This document shows, piece by piece, positions 26,141 through 35,866 of a stretch of 60,218 nt of DNA. Within the stretch, counting starts at the first letter, position 1. Each line of letters starts with the position of its first letter. Origin of the DNA: Spirochaetota bacterium. GTDB taxonomy: Bacteria; Spirochaetota; UBA4802; JAGODF01. The position numbers were made by a program, and so were the translations under genes. Location of the stretch: NCBI GenBank assembly GCA_036846345.1, contig DAIUCD010000027.1, positions 1 through 60,218 on the forward strand, read 5' to 3'. The notes below the pieces were generated by a model that was not told the DNA's origin, did no database searches, and worked only from the letters and a program-made list of their open reading frames with translations.

Positions 26141-28357
26141 CTAAAACATCGGATCTGAAAAGGCGGGATACAGAAACCCGTCCTTCAGGATAAAGTTTCC
26201 GGCCCCCTTCTCATCCACGAATCGCAGGAACTTCTTTTTCATCCCTTCCAGCACATCCCGCCGGCTTGCGGAAAGGTCCTTCTGATTGAGGGGATCGTTC
26301 AGGTAATCGTAGAGCTCGTAACGGGCCCCGCCGGGAAGAGGCAGATAGATCAGCTTATAGCGCCCGGAGTAAATGGCCCGGTATTTGGAGGCATTGATGA
26401 TGTTTTGATAATTCTGCCTGATCACTCCCTCCCTTCGATAGTGCATGTCCACGTCGGAGATTCCGGAAATATCCGGGTAGTCTATGCGGTTGTGCTGGAA
26501 GAAGAGCTTGGATTCCTTGTTGTTGTCGAACCAGATGCCCGTTTCGCAGTAGGCCTCCACATCCGGCACGGCGCTTCCGGGGGCCCTGAGGGCGGGCAGG
26601 AGCGACCGGCCCTGGAAGGAAGCGGGAATCGGTAGGCCCGCCAGATCGAAAAGGGTGGGCATGATGTCCACGCTGCTGGAGGTCTTCGTGAAGGTCTTCC
26701 TCAGATCCTCCTTAAGACGCCCGGAACGGAGGAGAAAGGGGACTTCCAGGGCAAAAGGTCCCCGCAGATGCTCCCCGTGGCCCATCCCCAGATCCGCCTC
26801 GTAGAAGTTCTCGCCGTGATCGGAGGTAAAAAGGACGATGGTGTTTTCCAGGAGTCCCTTCTTCTCCAGATAGCCCAGGAGACGGCCCATCTCGCCGTCC
26901 AGGAGGCTGAGACAGTTGTCGTACAACGCCGCGACCTGTTCCTCGTCCTCCCTCGTATCGCCCCTGACCGGCCCCTTCATGTTGTCCATCTTGAGCACCA
27001 CCTGCTTGTAGTACCTGTAGGGACCGTCATAACCCGGCCGGGTATACTTCTTATAATAGGGATACGGCGCCGCATAGGGGAAATGGGTGATGGAGTAAAA
27101 GACCGTCAGGAAGAAGGGATTGCCCCGTGCCGCCTCAATCTCCCGGATGGTATCGCCGGTCACGTCCTGGGAGCGGGTGTACTTGGCCAGGCCCCGCATC
27201 TCCGGAAAGAGCAGCGTCCCCAGATCGTTGGTTAAGAAGGGAAGCAGGAAGGCCTGCTTCTCCAGGAGGATCTGCCGGATCAGCACGTCGAAGTTGAAAT
27301 CCGGCGTGAGGATCTTCTGGAAGCCCAGGTCGATGCGTGGGAAGATGTCGCCGGCATAGTCGGAGATTACCGCGGTCCGGTACCCCCTCCCGGCAAGGAT
27401 CTTTACTGCCGAGTCGAAGGTAACGTTTCTCTCCCGGGTGCGGGGGAACATGTGCCGGATCTCATGGGTCAGGGGATACTGCGATGTGAGCACGCTCACC
27501 CACGCCGGGAAGGTGCGAGGCAGGGCCGTGATCATCCCCCTCACCTGGAGGGAATCCCGGAAGAAGGCGTCCAGCCGGGGCGTGGTATTTCTCCGATAAC
27601 CGTTGAGGCTCAGATGATCGGGGCGCACAGCATCGGATGAGAGGATCAGGATGCTGGGGGTCCGCGCCTCCCGGTTATAGAGGATGTATTTCTGTTCATA
27701 GAGAAAGGCAAAGAGGAGAAAGGCAAGGGCCAGAATCGCCCCAGCCCTGAGGCCCCCCTTGAAATACCGTCCCTGCCGCATTTGCATCCAGAGATCGCTC
27801 CCTTTCCTCCAGGGCAGGGAGAGCAGGGCAAGAAGAGCCGCTGTTCCCAGAATCCCGTAAAAGGGCAGAGCAAAGGCCAGTGGGGACAGATGATCGGTGA
27901 GATAGACCTGATAGCCGGCCAGAGCCTTCCCGTGCACGGAAAAATTTTCGATGTAGACCTGCGGGTTCAGAATCAGCTTGTAGGAGAAGCCCAGAAACAC
28001 AGTAAGGCAGAGGAGCATCCCCTGAACCGCCAGGAGCACCCCCTCCCGGCGGAGGAGACCGAATCGGTTTCTAAGAGACTCCAGAGCCCCTCGAAAAAGG
28101 GCGCTGAGCAATCCCCCCGCGAGGAGATAGACCATCACGATCTTTCCCAGCTGCCAGAGGATGACAGGCCAAAAGGCACGCAGTATGGCCATGGCCACCT
28201 CCTCATTGGTGTTCCCCATGTAGGACAAGGTAAAATTGAGGACATTCCCCGCTATGAAGAGCAGAAAAAAGAAGACGAAGCCCGGCAGATAATACCTTTT
28301 GAGAGTTTTAAAACGGCTCCATGCTTTCTTAATGATGGTCGTGATGTATTTGATCAT
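26141..28357 (-). CDS. Polytopic membrane sulfatase-like / LTA-synthase-like (alkaline-phosphatase superfamily) protein
   Basis: 738 aa. About 5 N-terminal TM helices, then a catalytic domain with …LFTSDHGENF… and …GHGEHL… motifs. It sits 9 nt upstream of the previous sulfatase-like gene. Confidence 0.75.
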   Translation of the reverse strand: MIKYITTIIKKAWSRFKTLKRYYLPGFVFFFLLFIAGNVLNFTLSYMGNTNEEVAMAILRAFWPVILWQLGKIVMVYLLAGGLLSALFRGALESLRNRFGLLRREGVLLAVQGMLLCLTVFLGFSYKLILNPQVYIENFSVHGKALAGYQVYLTDHLSPLAFALPFYGILGTAALLALLSLPWRKGSDLWMQMRQGRYFKGGLRAGAILALAFLLFAFLYEQKYILYNREARTPSILILSSDAVRPDHLSLNGYRRNTTPRLDAFFRDSLQVRGMITALPRTFPAWVSVLTSQYPLTHEIRHMFPRTRERNVTFDSAVKILAGRGYRTAVISDYAGDIFPRIDLGFQKILTPDFNFDVLIRQILLEKQAFLLPFLTNDLGTLLFPEMRGLAKYTRSQDVTGDTIREIEAARGNPFFLTVFYSITHFPYAAPYPYYKKYTRPGYDGPYRYYKQVVLKMDNMKGPVRGDTREDEEQVAALYDNCLSLLDGEMGRLLGYLEKKGLLENTIVLFTSDHGENFYEADLGMGHGEHLRGPFALEVPFLLRSGRLKEDLRKTFTKTSSSVDIMPTLFDLAGLPIPASFQGRSLLPALRAPGSAVPDVEAYCETGIWFDNNKESKLFFQHNRIDYPDISGISDVDMHYRREGVIRQNYQNIINASKYRAIYSGRYKLIYLPLPGGARYELYDYLNDPLNQKDLSASRRDVLEGMKKKFLRFVDEKGAGNFILKDGFLYPAFSDPMF

Positions 28358-28444
28358 GGTTTTTTCTTTCGTTATTAGGACTTAGTATCAGCATCCGGTT
28401 ACACGGGATTGTCCCAGGCGGTCTCAGGTCAGCCTGAAAAGGGG

Positions 28445-29128
28445 TCAGAGCACCCCGGGTGCGGGCATGAGGTTCGCCACCCTTCCCTCCCGGAGGTACC
28501 CCTTTACGGACGCCATCACCACCTCCATATACACCTTCATGGGCTCTGTGAAGAGGAGGGGATGAAAATCGCTCCGGGACAGGCAACGGCGCAGGCACTT
28601 CTCCCCGTCAAAGCCCGCAGCCTCAAAGGTGATATCCCCCTCCAGGAGGCGTTCCAGGCTCTCCAGGGGGACGGCAAAGATACCGTCCACTTCTCCGTCA
28701 TTAAACCGGTACTCCTCCAGGGGCTGTTCACAGAAATAGAGATAGACCCGCTGAAATTCCCGGTGGAACATATTCTCGTCCTGCTCCTCATAGCGGTACA
28801 CGCCAAGGTCCACCAGGTCCTCGTCCGGCGGGGATATGCCGATCTCCTCAAAGGCCTCTTTTTGAATCTTACCGGTCACCTTCCCGAAGGGGACATGTCC
28901 CCCCACGGTTATGTCCAGGCAATTGGGATAATTCTCCTTGTGGCCGGCCCGGTGCTGAAAGAGCACCTCGGTCCCCCCGGGAGAGCAGCGGATCACCCAG
29001 AGATGAACCCCTTCATGGGCTATCCCCTCCCTGTGAGCCCGGCTCCGGGGAACGGGTTTGCCTGTGGGACAGGCCTTCTGCCAGTCCCATTCCTCGAGCA
29101 TCTCCTCGCCGATTTCATTCCCCGTCAT
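28445..29128 (-). CDS. NUDIX hydrolase
   Basis: 227 aa. Nudix box …GGHVPFGKVTGKIQKEAFEEIGI…. First gene of the minus-strand run NUDIX, sulfatase-like, sulfatase-like, selU. Confidence 0.7.
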   Translation of the reverse strand: MTGNEIGEEMLEEWDWQKACPTGKPVPRSRAHREGIAHEGVHLWVIRCSPGGTEVLFQHRAGHKENYPNCLDITVGGHVPFGKVTGKIQKEAFEEIGISPPDEDLVDLGVYRYEEQDENMFHREFQRVYLYFCEQPLEEYRFNDGEVDGIFAVPLESLERLLEGDITFEAAGFDGEKCLRRCLSRSDFHPLLFTEPMKVYMEVVMASVKGYLREGRVANLMPAPGVL

Positions 29129-29454
29129 ATCTCCCCTCTTCGTTTATCTGCACCCGTTTATGGCTCCCCCATCCCTTCCTGCCGGAAGTGACGGTATCTC
29201 CCGACGTAATAAAGAAATCACATCATAGCAGTCATTTCATTAATTCAAGGATTTTTTCCCTTATATCATGGCAATCCCCTTTATGTCCTTCGTATTTCCG
29301 TTCCTTGCATCAGTGTATGCTCCGGTTAACCGTCTGTTTTCCATAATATTTTCTGGATTTTTTATCAAAGCGACATTATCCTTAAATGTGACGAAATTTT
29401 AACAAAAAGATCCCTTTTGCAGGCACAATGCGGATAGACCTAATACATTTTTAC

Positions 29455-30810
29455 ATGAAGCGATGGTTTCTTGTTCTTTTGGCGATCTGTGCTGTCCTCG
29501 GACTTGCCTGCTCGGGCACAAGGGGGGGCGAGGATCCCCTCTATAAAAGCTTTTCGGTGATCGATTTCTCCAGGAACTACCGAACTGATCCCGCAGCATG
29601 GTACGTGATCAATGCCAGAAAAATGGCGGAATCCCCGCATGCCCTTATCTACGTGGACAAGAACCAGCCGCAGATCACGGAATCCGCAGCAGCGGCCCTG
29701 GCTTTGGAATTTGAAAGCGTCATCTATCCTACGGTCACTCAGTATTTTGCTTCGCCCTTCGACGCCGACGGAAACGGGAAGACGGTGATCCTGGTATACG
29801 ACATCAAAGACCCTTCTTCCGGGGGCAGCATAGGGGGATACTTTTTCAGCTATGACATGTATAGCCGGAAAAGCGTGGAACAATTGAACAAGGATTACGG
29901 CACGGCCTTCCGCTCCAACGAGAGCGACATGGTCTACCTGGACTGCAATCCCCAGACGAGTTTCGACGCCCAGAAGAAGACCCTGGCCCACGAATTTCAG
30001 CATCTGGTCAACTACTCCTATTACCTGCAGAACAAGACGGCGGACAATCCCACCTGCACATGGATAGACGAGGGTCTTGCGGAAGCGGCCAATCATCTCT
30101 GTTACGGGGCCATTACCGCCCGGGTCAGCTATTACAACCTCTTCAACGCATCGGGGGATATCAATCAGAGCCCTCTCTTTTACTGGAACGCCGCCAATCC
30201 CCTGCCCAACTATTCCAAATCCTATCTCTTCTTCCAGTACATGAAGGCCCAGTCCTCCCTGGGGAACGATCTTTTCAAGGAAATTCTGAGGAGCACTTAC
30301 GGGGATTACCGGGCGGTGTCAGACGCCATGGCCCTGGACGGAACTCTCAGTTCCTGGAGTTTCGATCAGATCCTCCTCCGCTGGTATGCCGTCAACAACG
30401 GGGTTTCAAACGGCACCATCTATTCCTATAAAGGGGTTCTGGGGGCTTCGGTTCCCGGAGCCAAATACTACACTGGGACAAACCCGACGTTGGGCAGCGG
30501 AGCGGGGGTGGTCAAGAGCAGTCCCGGAGCGGGGATTTCCGCCCCCTCCAGCGGTTATATCTATCTGGCGGTCAACAATGACGGGAGCAGCGAGGATTTC
30601 ACCGGCACCGGGGCCCGGGACAAGCTTCTGGCGGTTTTCAAGAATAACGGAAGCAGCGGCACGGAAACGGGGGGAACCGTCCTCCCCTCATCAGGTCTGG
30701 AGCCAGAGGCCGGGACGACCCCAACCCCGGTCATTTATCCATCGGAGAAACCGATGACCGACGCCGTCTTTACCGAGGAGATGAAGGCGGACATGCACGG
30801 CCAGGAATAG
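29455..30810 (+). CDS. Secreted HExxH zinc-metallopeptidase-like lipoprotein with a Gly/Ser/Thr-rich C-terminal tail
   Basis: The ORF is open from 29428. The likely start is at 29455 (MKRWFLVLLAICAVLGLACSG). Zincin motif TLAHEFQHLVN. The C-terminal ~120 aa are low-complexity G/S/T-rich. Confidence 0.65.
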   Translation: MKRWFLVLLAICAVLGLACSGTRGGEDPLYKSFSVIDFSRNYRTDPAAWYVINARKMAESPHALIYVDKNQPQITESAAAALALEFESVIYPTVTQYFASPFDADGNGKTVILVYDIKDPSSGGSIGGYFFSYDMYSRKSVEQLNKDYGTAFRSNESDMVYLDCNPQTSFDAQKKTLAHEFQHLVNYSYYLQNKTADNPTCTWIDEGLAEAANHLCYGAITARVSYYNLFNASGDINQSPLFYWNAANPLPNYSKSYLFFQYMKAQSSLGNDLFKEILRSTYGDYRAVSDAMALDGTLSSWSFDQILLRWYAVNNGVSNGTIYSYKGVLGASVPGAKYYTGTNPTLGSGAGVVKSSPGAGISAPSSGYIYLAVNNDGSSEDFTGTGARDKLLAVFKNNGSSGTETGGTVLPSSGLEPEAGTTPTPVIYPSEKPMTDAVFTEEMKADMHGQE

Positions 30811-31153
30811 CAACATCCTGCGGTTTACCGTACATCTCCCGGGGAGTCAACCCCCTCCGTGACGAAGGGACGCATTCTTCGATGAAGGGATACGATCCTC
30901 GGTTGAAGACCTGCCGGTAACAAAATTCTTTAACCTAAATTCACTTTACATGGTTGACAAATCGCTGTCACTTTGAGATATGGACTTACGATTTGTCGTT
31001 GTAATATCCCGTTCGTTTCATATACACATCTTCGCTCTTTATCTCATTTCTCTGCCGGGAACCCGGAGAAAAATAACCGAAACCTCTCCCTGACCGAACG
31101 GGCATGTTCCCGCGCTGTTTTGTGACGCAAAAATTCATCACAGGAGTGATTGT

Positions 31154-32956
31154 ATGATAAAACACAAAAAACTGGCTCATTGGATCGACGAGATTACCGC
31201 ACTGACGACTCCCGAAAACGTCCACATCTGCGACGGTTCCCGGGATGAGTACGACCGCCTTTTCAAACTGATGACCGAGGAGGGTGTGGCCAAGGCTCTC
31301 AACCCGCAGAAACTTCCCGGCTGCTATCTCTTTCGTTCGGACCCCTCCGACGTGGCGAGGGTGGAAAACCGCACCTATATCGCCTCCCGTACAAAGGAAG
31401 CCGCCGGACCGTCCAACAACTGGATAGACCCTGAAGAATTGAAGACCACCATGCGGGGCCTTTACAAGGGCTGCATGAAGGGGCGGACCCTCTACGTGAT
31501 CCCTTTCAGCATGGGGCCCATCGGTTCTCCCATATCCAAAATAGGCATCGAAATTACCGACTCCCCCTATGTTGTAACCAACATGCACATCATGACCCGG
31601 GTGGGCACCAAAGTCCTTGAGGCCCTGGGGGAGGACGGCGAATACATCCCCTGTCTCCATTCCGTGGGCAAACCCCTAGCTCCCGGCGAGGGCGATAACG
31701 GCCTGTGGCCCTGCGCCCCCCTGGACAAGAAATACATTTCCCACTTCCCTGAGGAGAGGACCATATGGTCCTACGGTTCCGGCTACGGGGGCAACGCCCT
31801 GCTCGGCAAAAAATGCCTCGCCCTGCGTATCGCCTCCGCCATGGCCCGGGAAGAGGGTTGGCTGGCGGAACACATGCTGATTCTCGGCATTACCAATCCC
31901 AGAGGGGAGAAGAAGTACGTCGCCGGCGCCTTCCCCTCCGCCTGCGGCAAGACCAACCTGGCCATGCTGATCCCCACCATCCCCGGATGGAAGGTGGAGT
32001 GCGTGGGGGATGACATCGCCTGGATGAAATTCGGCAAGGACGGCCGGCTCTACGCCATCAACCCCGAGGCGGGGTTCTTCGGAGTGGCTCCCGGTACGTC
32101 GATGAGCTCCAACCCCAACGCCATGAAGAGCATAGACAGGAACACCATATACACCAACGTGGCCCTGACAGAGGACGGGGATGTCTGGTGGGAGGGTATC
32201 GGCTATGACGCCCCGGGAAAGCTCATCGACTGGAAGGGCAACACCTGGGAGGCCGGGAAGTCCGACCAGCCCGCAGCCCATCCCAACGCCCGCTTTACGG
32301 CGCCGGCAAGCCAGTGCCCCGCTATCGATGAAGATTGGGAGAATCCCGCAGGCGTGCCCATCAGCGCCTTTCTCTTCGGAGGACGCCGTCCCACAACGGT
32401 TCCGCTGGTGCATCAGTCCTTCAACTGGAATCACGGGGTCTTTCTGGGCTCCATCGTGGGCTCCGAGGTGACTGCCGCCGCTCTGGACCTCAAGGCCGGG
32501 ACCATACGGCGGGATCCCTTTGCCATGCTTCCCTTCTGCGGTTATCATATGGGCGATTACTTCCGGCACTGGATAGAAATCGGCAAACGAACCGACGCCG
32601 ACAAGCTCCCTAAAATCTTTTACGTCAACTGGTTCCGCAAAACCCCTGAGGGGAAATGGCTCTGGCCGGGTTATGGCGAAAACAGCCGGGTCCTCAAATG
32701 GGTTTTCGAGCGCTGCAACGGCGAAGGCAGCGCCGTGGAGACCGAGATCGGTTATATGCCGAAACCGGAAGCCATCGACCGAACAGGGCTTCCCGAAGTG
32801 AGCGAAGCCGATATGCAGGAACTCCTCTCGGTGGACCGCGAGGGCTGGCTGCGGGAGATCGATCTCATCAAGGAGCATTACAGGACCTTCGGATCCCATC
32901 TCCCCGCCGAGCTTTCGGAAGAACTGTCGGCCCTGGAGAAAAGGCTGAAAAAATGA
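31154..32956 (+). CDS. pckG: Phosphoenolpyruvate carboxykinase (GTP)
   Basis: 600 aa matching GTP-type PEPCK along the whole length. Kinase-1a P-loop …[12 protein letters not shown]… and other PEPCK-GTP blocks (…GDDIAWM…, …FFGVAPGTS…). Confidence 0.9.
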   Translation: MIKHKKLAHWIDEITALTTPENVHICDGSRDEYDRLFKLMTEEGVAKALNPQKLPGCYLFRSDPSDVARVENRTYIASRTKEAAGPSNNWIDPEELKTTMRGLYKGCMKGRTLYVIPFSMGPIGSPISKIGIEITDSPYVVTNMHIMTRVGTKVLEALGEDGEYIPCLHSVGKPLAPGEGDNGLWPCAPLDKKYISHFPEERTIWSYGSGYGGNALLGKKCLALRIASAMAREEGWLAEHMLILGITNPRGEKKYVAGAFPSACGKTNLAMLIPTIPGWKVECVGDDIAWMKFGKDGRLYAINPEAGFFGVAPGTSMSSNPNAMKSIDRNTIYTNVALTEDGDVWWEGIGYDAPGKLIDWKGNTWEAGKSDQPAAHPNARFTAPASQCPAIDEDWENPAGVPISAFLFGGRRPTTVPLVHQSFNWNHGVFLGSIVGSEVTAAALDLKAGTIRRDPFAMLPFCGYHMGDYFRHWIEIGKRTDADKLPKIFYVNWFRKTPEGKWLWPGYGENSRVLKWVFERCNGEGSAVETEIGYMPKPEAIDRTGLPEVSEADMQELLSVDREGWLREIDLIKEHYRTFGSHLPAELSEELSALEKRLKK

Positions 32957-33294
32957 CCCGCACCCTCCTCCGTTCCTGCCTGCTCCTCTGCGCCCTGATA
33001 TCCTGGGGCTGCGGCCGGGGCGGGCCTGCGGAAGAGGAAACACGGGTTCTTTCCGGAACCTTCCTTATGACCGGAAGCGCCACCCTGCCCTCCCTCGTTT
33101 TTAAAACCACCGGGGGAGTCCATTATCACGTTTCCCCGGCGGAAGCGGCGCAATTCCACTCCCTGCAGGGCCGTACAATGCGCATCCGGGGAAGGCTGAA
33201 AACCGTCCTCATGAAAACCCCGGGAGGTCGGGTCCTCAGGGAGATGCGCCTTCTTAGGAACATCGAGATCCTTCCCGAAGGAAAGGCACTCTGA
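32953..33294 (+). CDS. Small lipoprotein (113 aa), unknown function
   Basis: Its ATG at 32953 overlaps the pckG TGA (ATGA). Signal and lipobox [21 protein letters not shown]. The six-frame track shows a longer spurious N-extension. Confidence 0.5.
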   Translation: MTRTLLRSCLLLCALISWGCGRGGPAEEETRVLSGTFLMTGSATLPSLVFKTTGGVHYHVSPAEAAQFHSLQGRTMRIRGRLKTVLMKTPGGRVLREMRLLRNIEILPEGKAL

Positions 33295-33402
33295 ACCGGG
33301 GAAAATTCGCTTGCCCCGGCGGAACTCCCCTGTTATAATCAACCTCATAGACTGTCTGAACTCCCGAATCAATGAATATCTCAAGAGTTTTCCGGAGGAT
33401 TC

Positions 33403-34662
33403 ATGGCCATTTCCGTCATGATCGTGGAAGATGAGAGTATCATCGCTCATGATCTGAAGAATCTTCTCACGAAGCTGGACTACCGGGTCTTCGAACCGGT
33501 GCATACCGGAGAGGAGGCCGTGGCGATGGTCGGGGAATTGAAACCGGACCTGATTCTGATGGACATCGTCCTCTCGGGGGAGATGGACGGCATTGACGCC
33601 GCGGAGATGATTCGCGGTGAATACGACATCCCCATCATCTTCATCACATCATACTTTGGACGCGACTTCATACTCCGCAGCAAGAGAATCGCTCCCTACG
33701 GCTACATCCTGAAACCCTTCAAGGAAACGGAGCTTGCCATCATCCTGGAGATGAGCCTGGAGAGGCACAGGCTGGAAAAGGAGCTTCGAATCAGCGAGGA
33801 GCGATACGGAAATCTCTTAAGGAGCATCCCCGACATCGTCTATTCCCTGGACCGGAACGGATGCCTCACCTCGATCAACAAGGACGATGCCTTCCTGGCC
33901 GAGTTCGGACTGCGGAGGGAGGAGATTCTCGGCCGTCCCTTTCAGGAGATCATCAACGAGGAAGACCGAAACACCGTGATCAACTCCTTCCTTGAGGCGG
34001 TTACAACCCGTCGGGAGTACACCAAGGGCCTCCGCTTCCGCATCATGACCCGCCGGCAGGTTCCTCAATGGTTCGAGATCCATTCCCACATGGTGTTCGA
34101 TTCCGAGGGCAATTATGTCAGTGAGGAGGGGGTGCTCAGGGACATCACCGAAAAGCACCTGATGGAAATCGAACTGGAGCGCCACGCCACCCTGGATATC
34201 ATGACCTGCGCCTTCAACCGCCATACGGGCCTCTCCATACTGGAGAGACAGATGGAGCTCTCCCGGCGGCGGGGAAAAAAGCTGGCGATCTGCTATCTCG
34301 ATATCGACAACCTGAAGACGGTTAACGACAGCAGAGGGCACACCGCCGGAGATGAACTCATCCGTACCGTAGTCTCCTTGATCAACGAGATCCGACGGTC
34401 CTCCGATACGGTCATTCGGATGGGGGGTGATGAGTTCGTGATCATCCTACCGGACTGTGATGAAGAGGGAAGCCGCATCTTCATGGACCGCATGGATCAG
34501 GCCCTCCGCAGGCTCAACGATCAGGAATCGCCGGGCTATCCCGTAAGCGTCAGCTGCGGATCAGCCCTCTTTTCCCCGGACAGCAGCATCACCATGACAG
34601 CCCTGCTGGAGAGTGCGGACCGGGAGATGTACATGAAGAAACGGGAAAAGAAGGGACGATGA
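33403..34662 (+). CDS. Response regulator with REC-PAS-GGDEF domains (diguanylate cyclase)
   Basis: 419 aa. REC domain (…IVEDE…DLILMD…), a PAS region, and a GGDEF domain with an active-site RMGGDEF and the I-site-like RRRGKK. Confidence 0.85.
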   Translation: MAISVMIVEDESIIAHDLKNLLTKLDYRVFEPVHTGEEAVAMVGELKPDLILMDIVLSGEMDGIDAAEMIRGEYDIPIIFITSYFGRDFILRSKRIAPYGYILKPFKETELAIILEMSLERHRLEKELRISEERYGNLLRSIPDIVYSLDRNGCLTSINKDDAFLAEFGLRREEILGRPFQEIINEEDRNTVINSFLEAVTTRREYTKGLRFRIMTRRQVPQWFEIHSHMVFDSEGNYVSEEGVLRDITEKHLMEIELERHATLDIMTCAFNRHTGLSILERQMELSRRRGKKLAICYLDIDNLKTVNDSRGHTAGDELIRTVVSLINEIRRSSDTVIRMGGDEFVIILPDCDEEGSRIFMDRMDQALRRLNDQESPGYPVSVSCGSALFSPDSSITMTALLESADREMYMKKREKKGR

Positions 34663-34671
34663 TCCCTTTTT
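34651..34671 (+). terminator. Intrinsic terminator overlapping the GGDEF gene stop codon
   Basis: 6-bp stem aaggga / tccctt with loop cgatga (containing the TGA), followed by a T5 run. Confidence 0.45.
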
Positions 34672-34804
34672 CCGCCAAAAGACCTTCCAGACGATTTTTT
34701 TTTGAAATTCTCTTGATAATTTAATCCCCAAAAAATAAAGTGCATCCTGTTCTTTTTCGTTTTTCCCTTTACCGGGATGAGATCATCGTCAACAGGCCTT
34801 TATT

Positions 34805-35725
34805 ATGAGTCCCACAACCATACTCAACAGCCTACTGGAAAAGAAGAAGATCGCCGCTAATTCCAGAGATATTATCCATTTTCTCTCGGTGGAATTGGGG
34901 GAGCGCATTATCGGGCCCTCCGGCACCCTCGACCGGGCCAGGGATTACATCATATCCCGCTTTACGGAACAGGGGAGCCGTCCGTCCCTCGAGGAATACA
35001 GGGTCAACGGGCATAAGGTGGCCAACATCGTCTGTGAGATACCCGGAACGGAGAATCCGGACCAGATCCTCCTTATCGGCGCCCATTACGACACCATAGA
35101 GGGAACACCCGGTGCCGATGACAACGCCTCGGCAATAGCGGGACTTTTGGAGATGCACCGCCTCCTTTCGGAAGAAAAATACAAAAAGACCCTGCGCTTC
35201 GTGGCCTTCACCCTGGAGGAGCCCCCCTTCTTCTCCAGCGACGACATGGGAAGCATGCATCATGCCAAAAAGTGTAAAAAACGCAGGGACAACATCGAAT
35301 TGATGATATGTCTGGAGATGCTGGGGTACGGCGGCAAGAACGTGAATCAGAACTTTCCCCTGGAGGAGCTGAAGAACCGCTGTCCCAAAGGCGCCGACTA
35401 CCTCGTTGTGGTATCCCTTCCCTCCTCGGCAGAATATGCCTATCTCTGGAAACGGCTGTACAATGCAAATACAAAAAAACCCATCTACGAGCTGATCGGG
35501 CCCAACTCCATACCCGGCATCGGTTTTTCCGATCATTACTCCTTCAACAAGCAGGGGTATCCCAACATCATGCTGACCGACACGGCCTTCTACCGCAACA
35601 AGAACTATCACACGGAAAACGACACCATCGACACCATCAACTTCAAGTTCCTGGCGGAAAACATCTTCAGTTCCTACCTTGCGGTACGGGAGTTGGCCAA
35701 CCTCGGAAAACTCCTGGACTCATGA
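34805..35725 (+). CDS. M28-family zinc aminopeptidase
   Basis: 306 aa. …LIGAHYDTIEG.PGADDNASAIAGLLE… metal-ligand block typical of M28 peptidases. Confidence 0.8.
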   Translation: MSPTTILNSLLEKKKIAANSRDIIHFLSVELGERIIGPSGTLDRARDYIISRFTEQGSRPSLEEYRVNGHKVANIVCEIPGTENPDQILLIGAHYDTIEGTPGADDNASAIAGLLEMHRLLSEEKYKKTLRFVAFTLEEPPFFSSDDMGSMHHAKKCKKRRDNIELMICLEMLGYGGKNVNQNFPLEELKNRCPKGADYLVVVSLPSSAEYAYLWKRLYNANTKKPIYELIGPNSIPGIGFSDHYSFNKQGYPNIMLTDTAFYRNKNYHTENDTIDTINFKFLAENIFSSYLAVRELANLGKLLDS

Positions 35726-35866
35726 GTTTGACCCCCGGCGCCGCACAGCCTGCTCCTACCCCCAAAAAAATGTTCGAAACAGAAAATGCGGTAAACTTGA
35801 GGTTACCCTCATAGATATCCCGGCTTCCGCGAGGGGATTGGCCGTACCGGGGGAGGAAGGTGCCGT

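Noticed and set aside
31676-33043. 455-aa minus-strand ORF
   Set aside because: Antisense to GTP-PEPCK, which is unambiguous along its full length.
34832-35611. 259-aa minus-strand ORF
   Set aside because: Antisense to the M28 peptidase gene.
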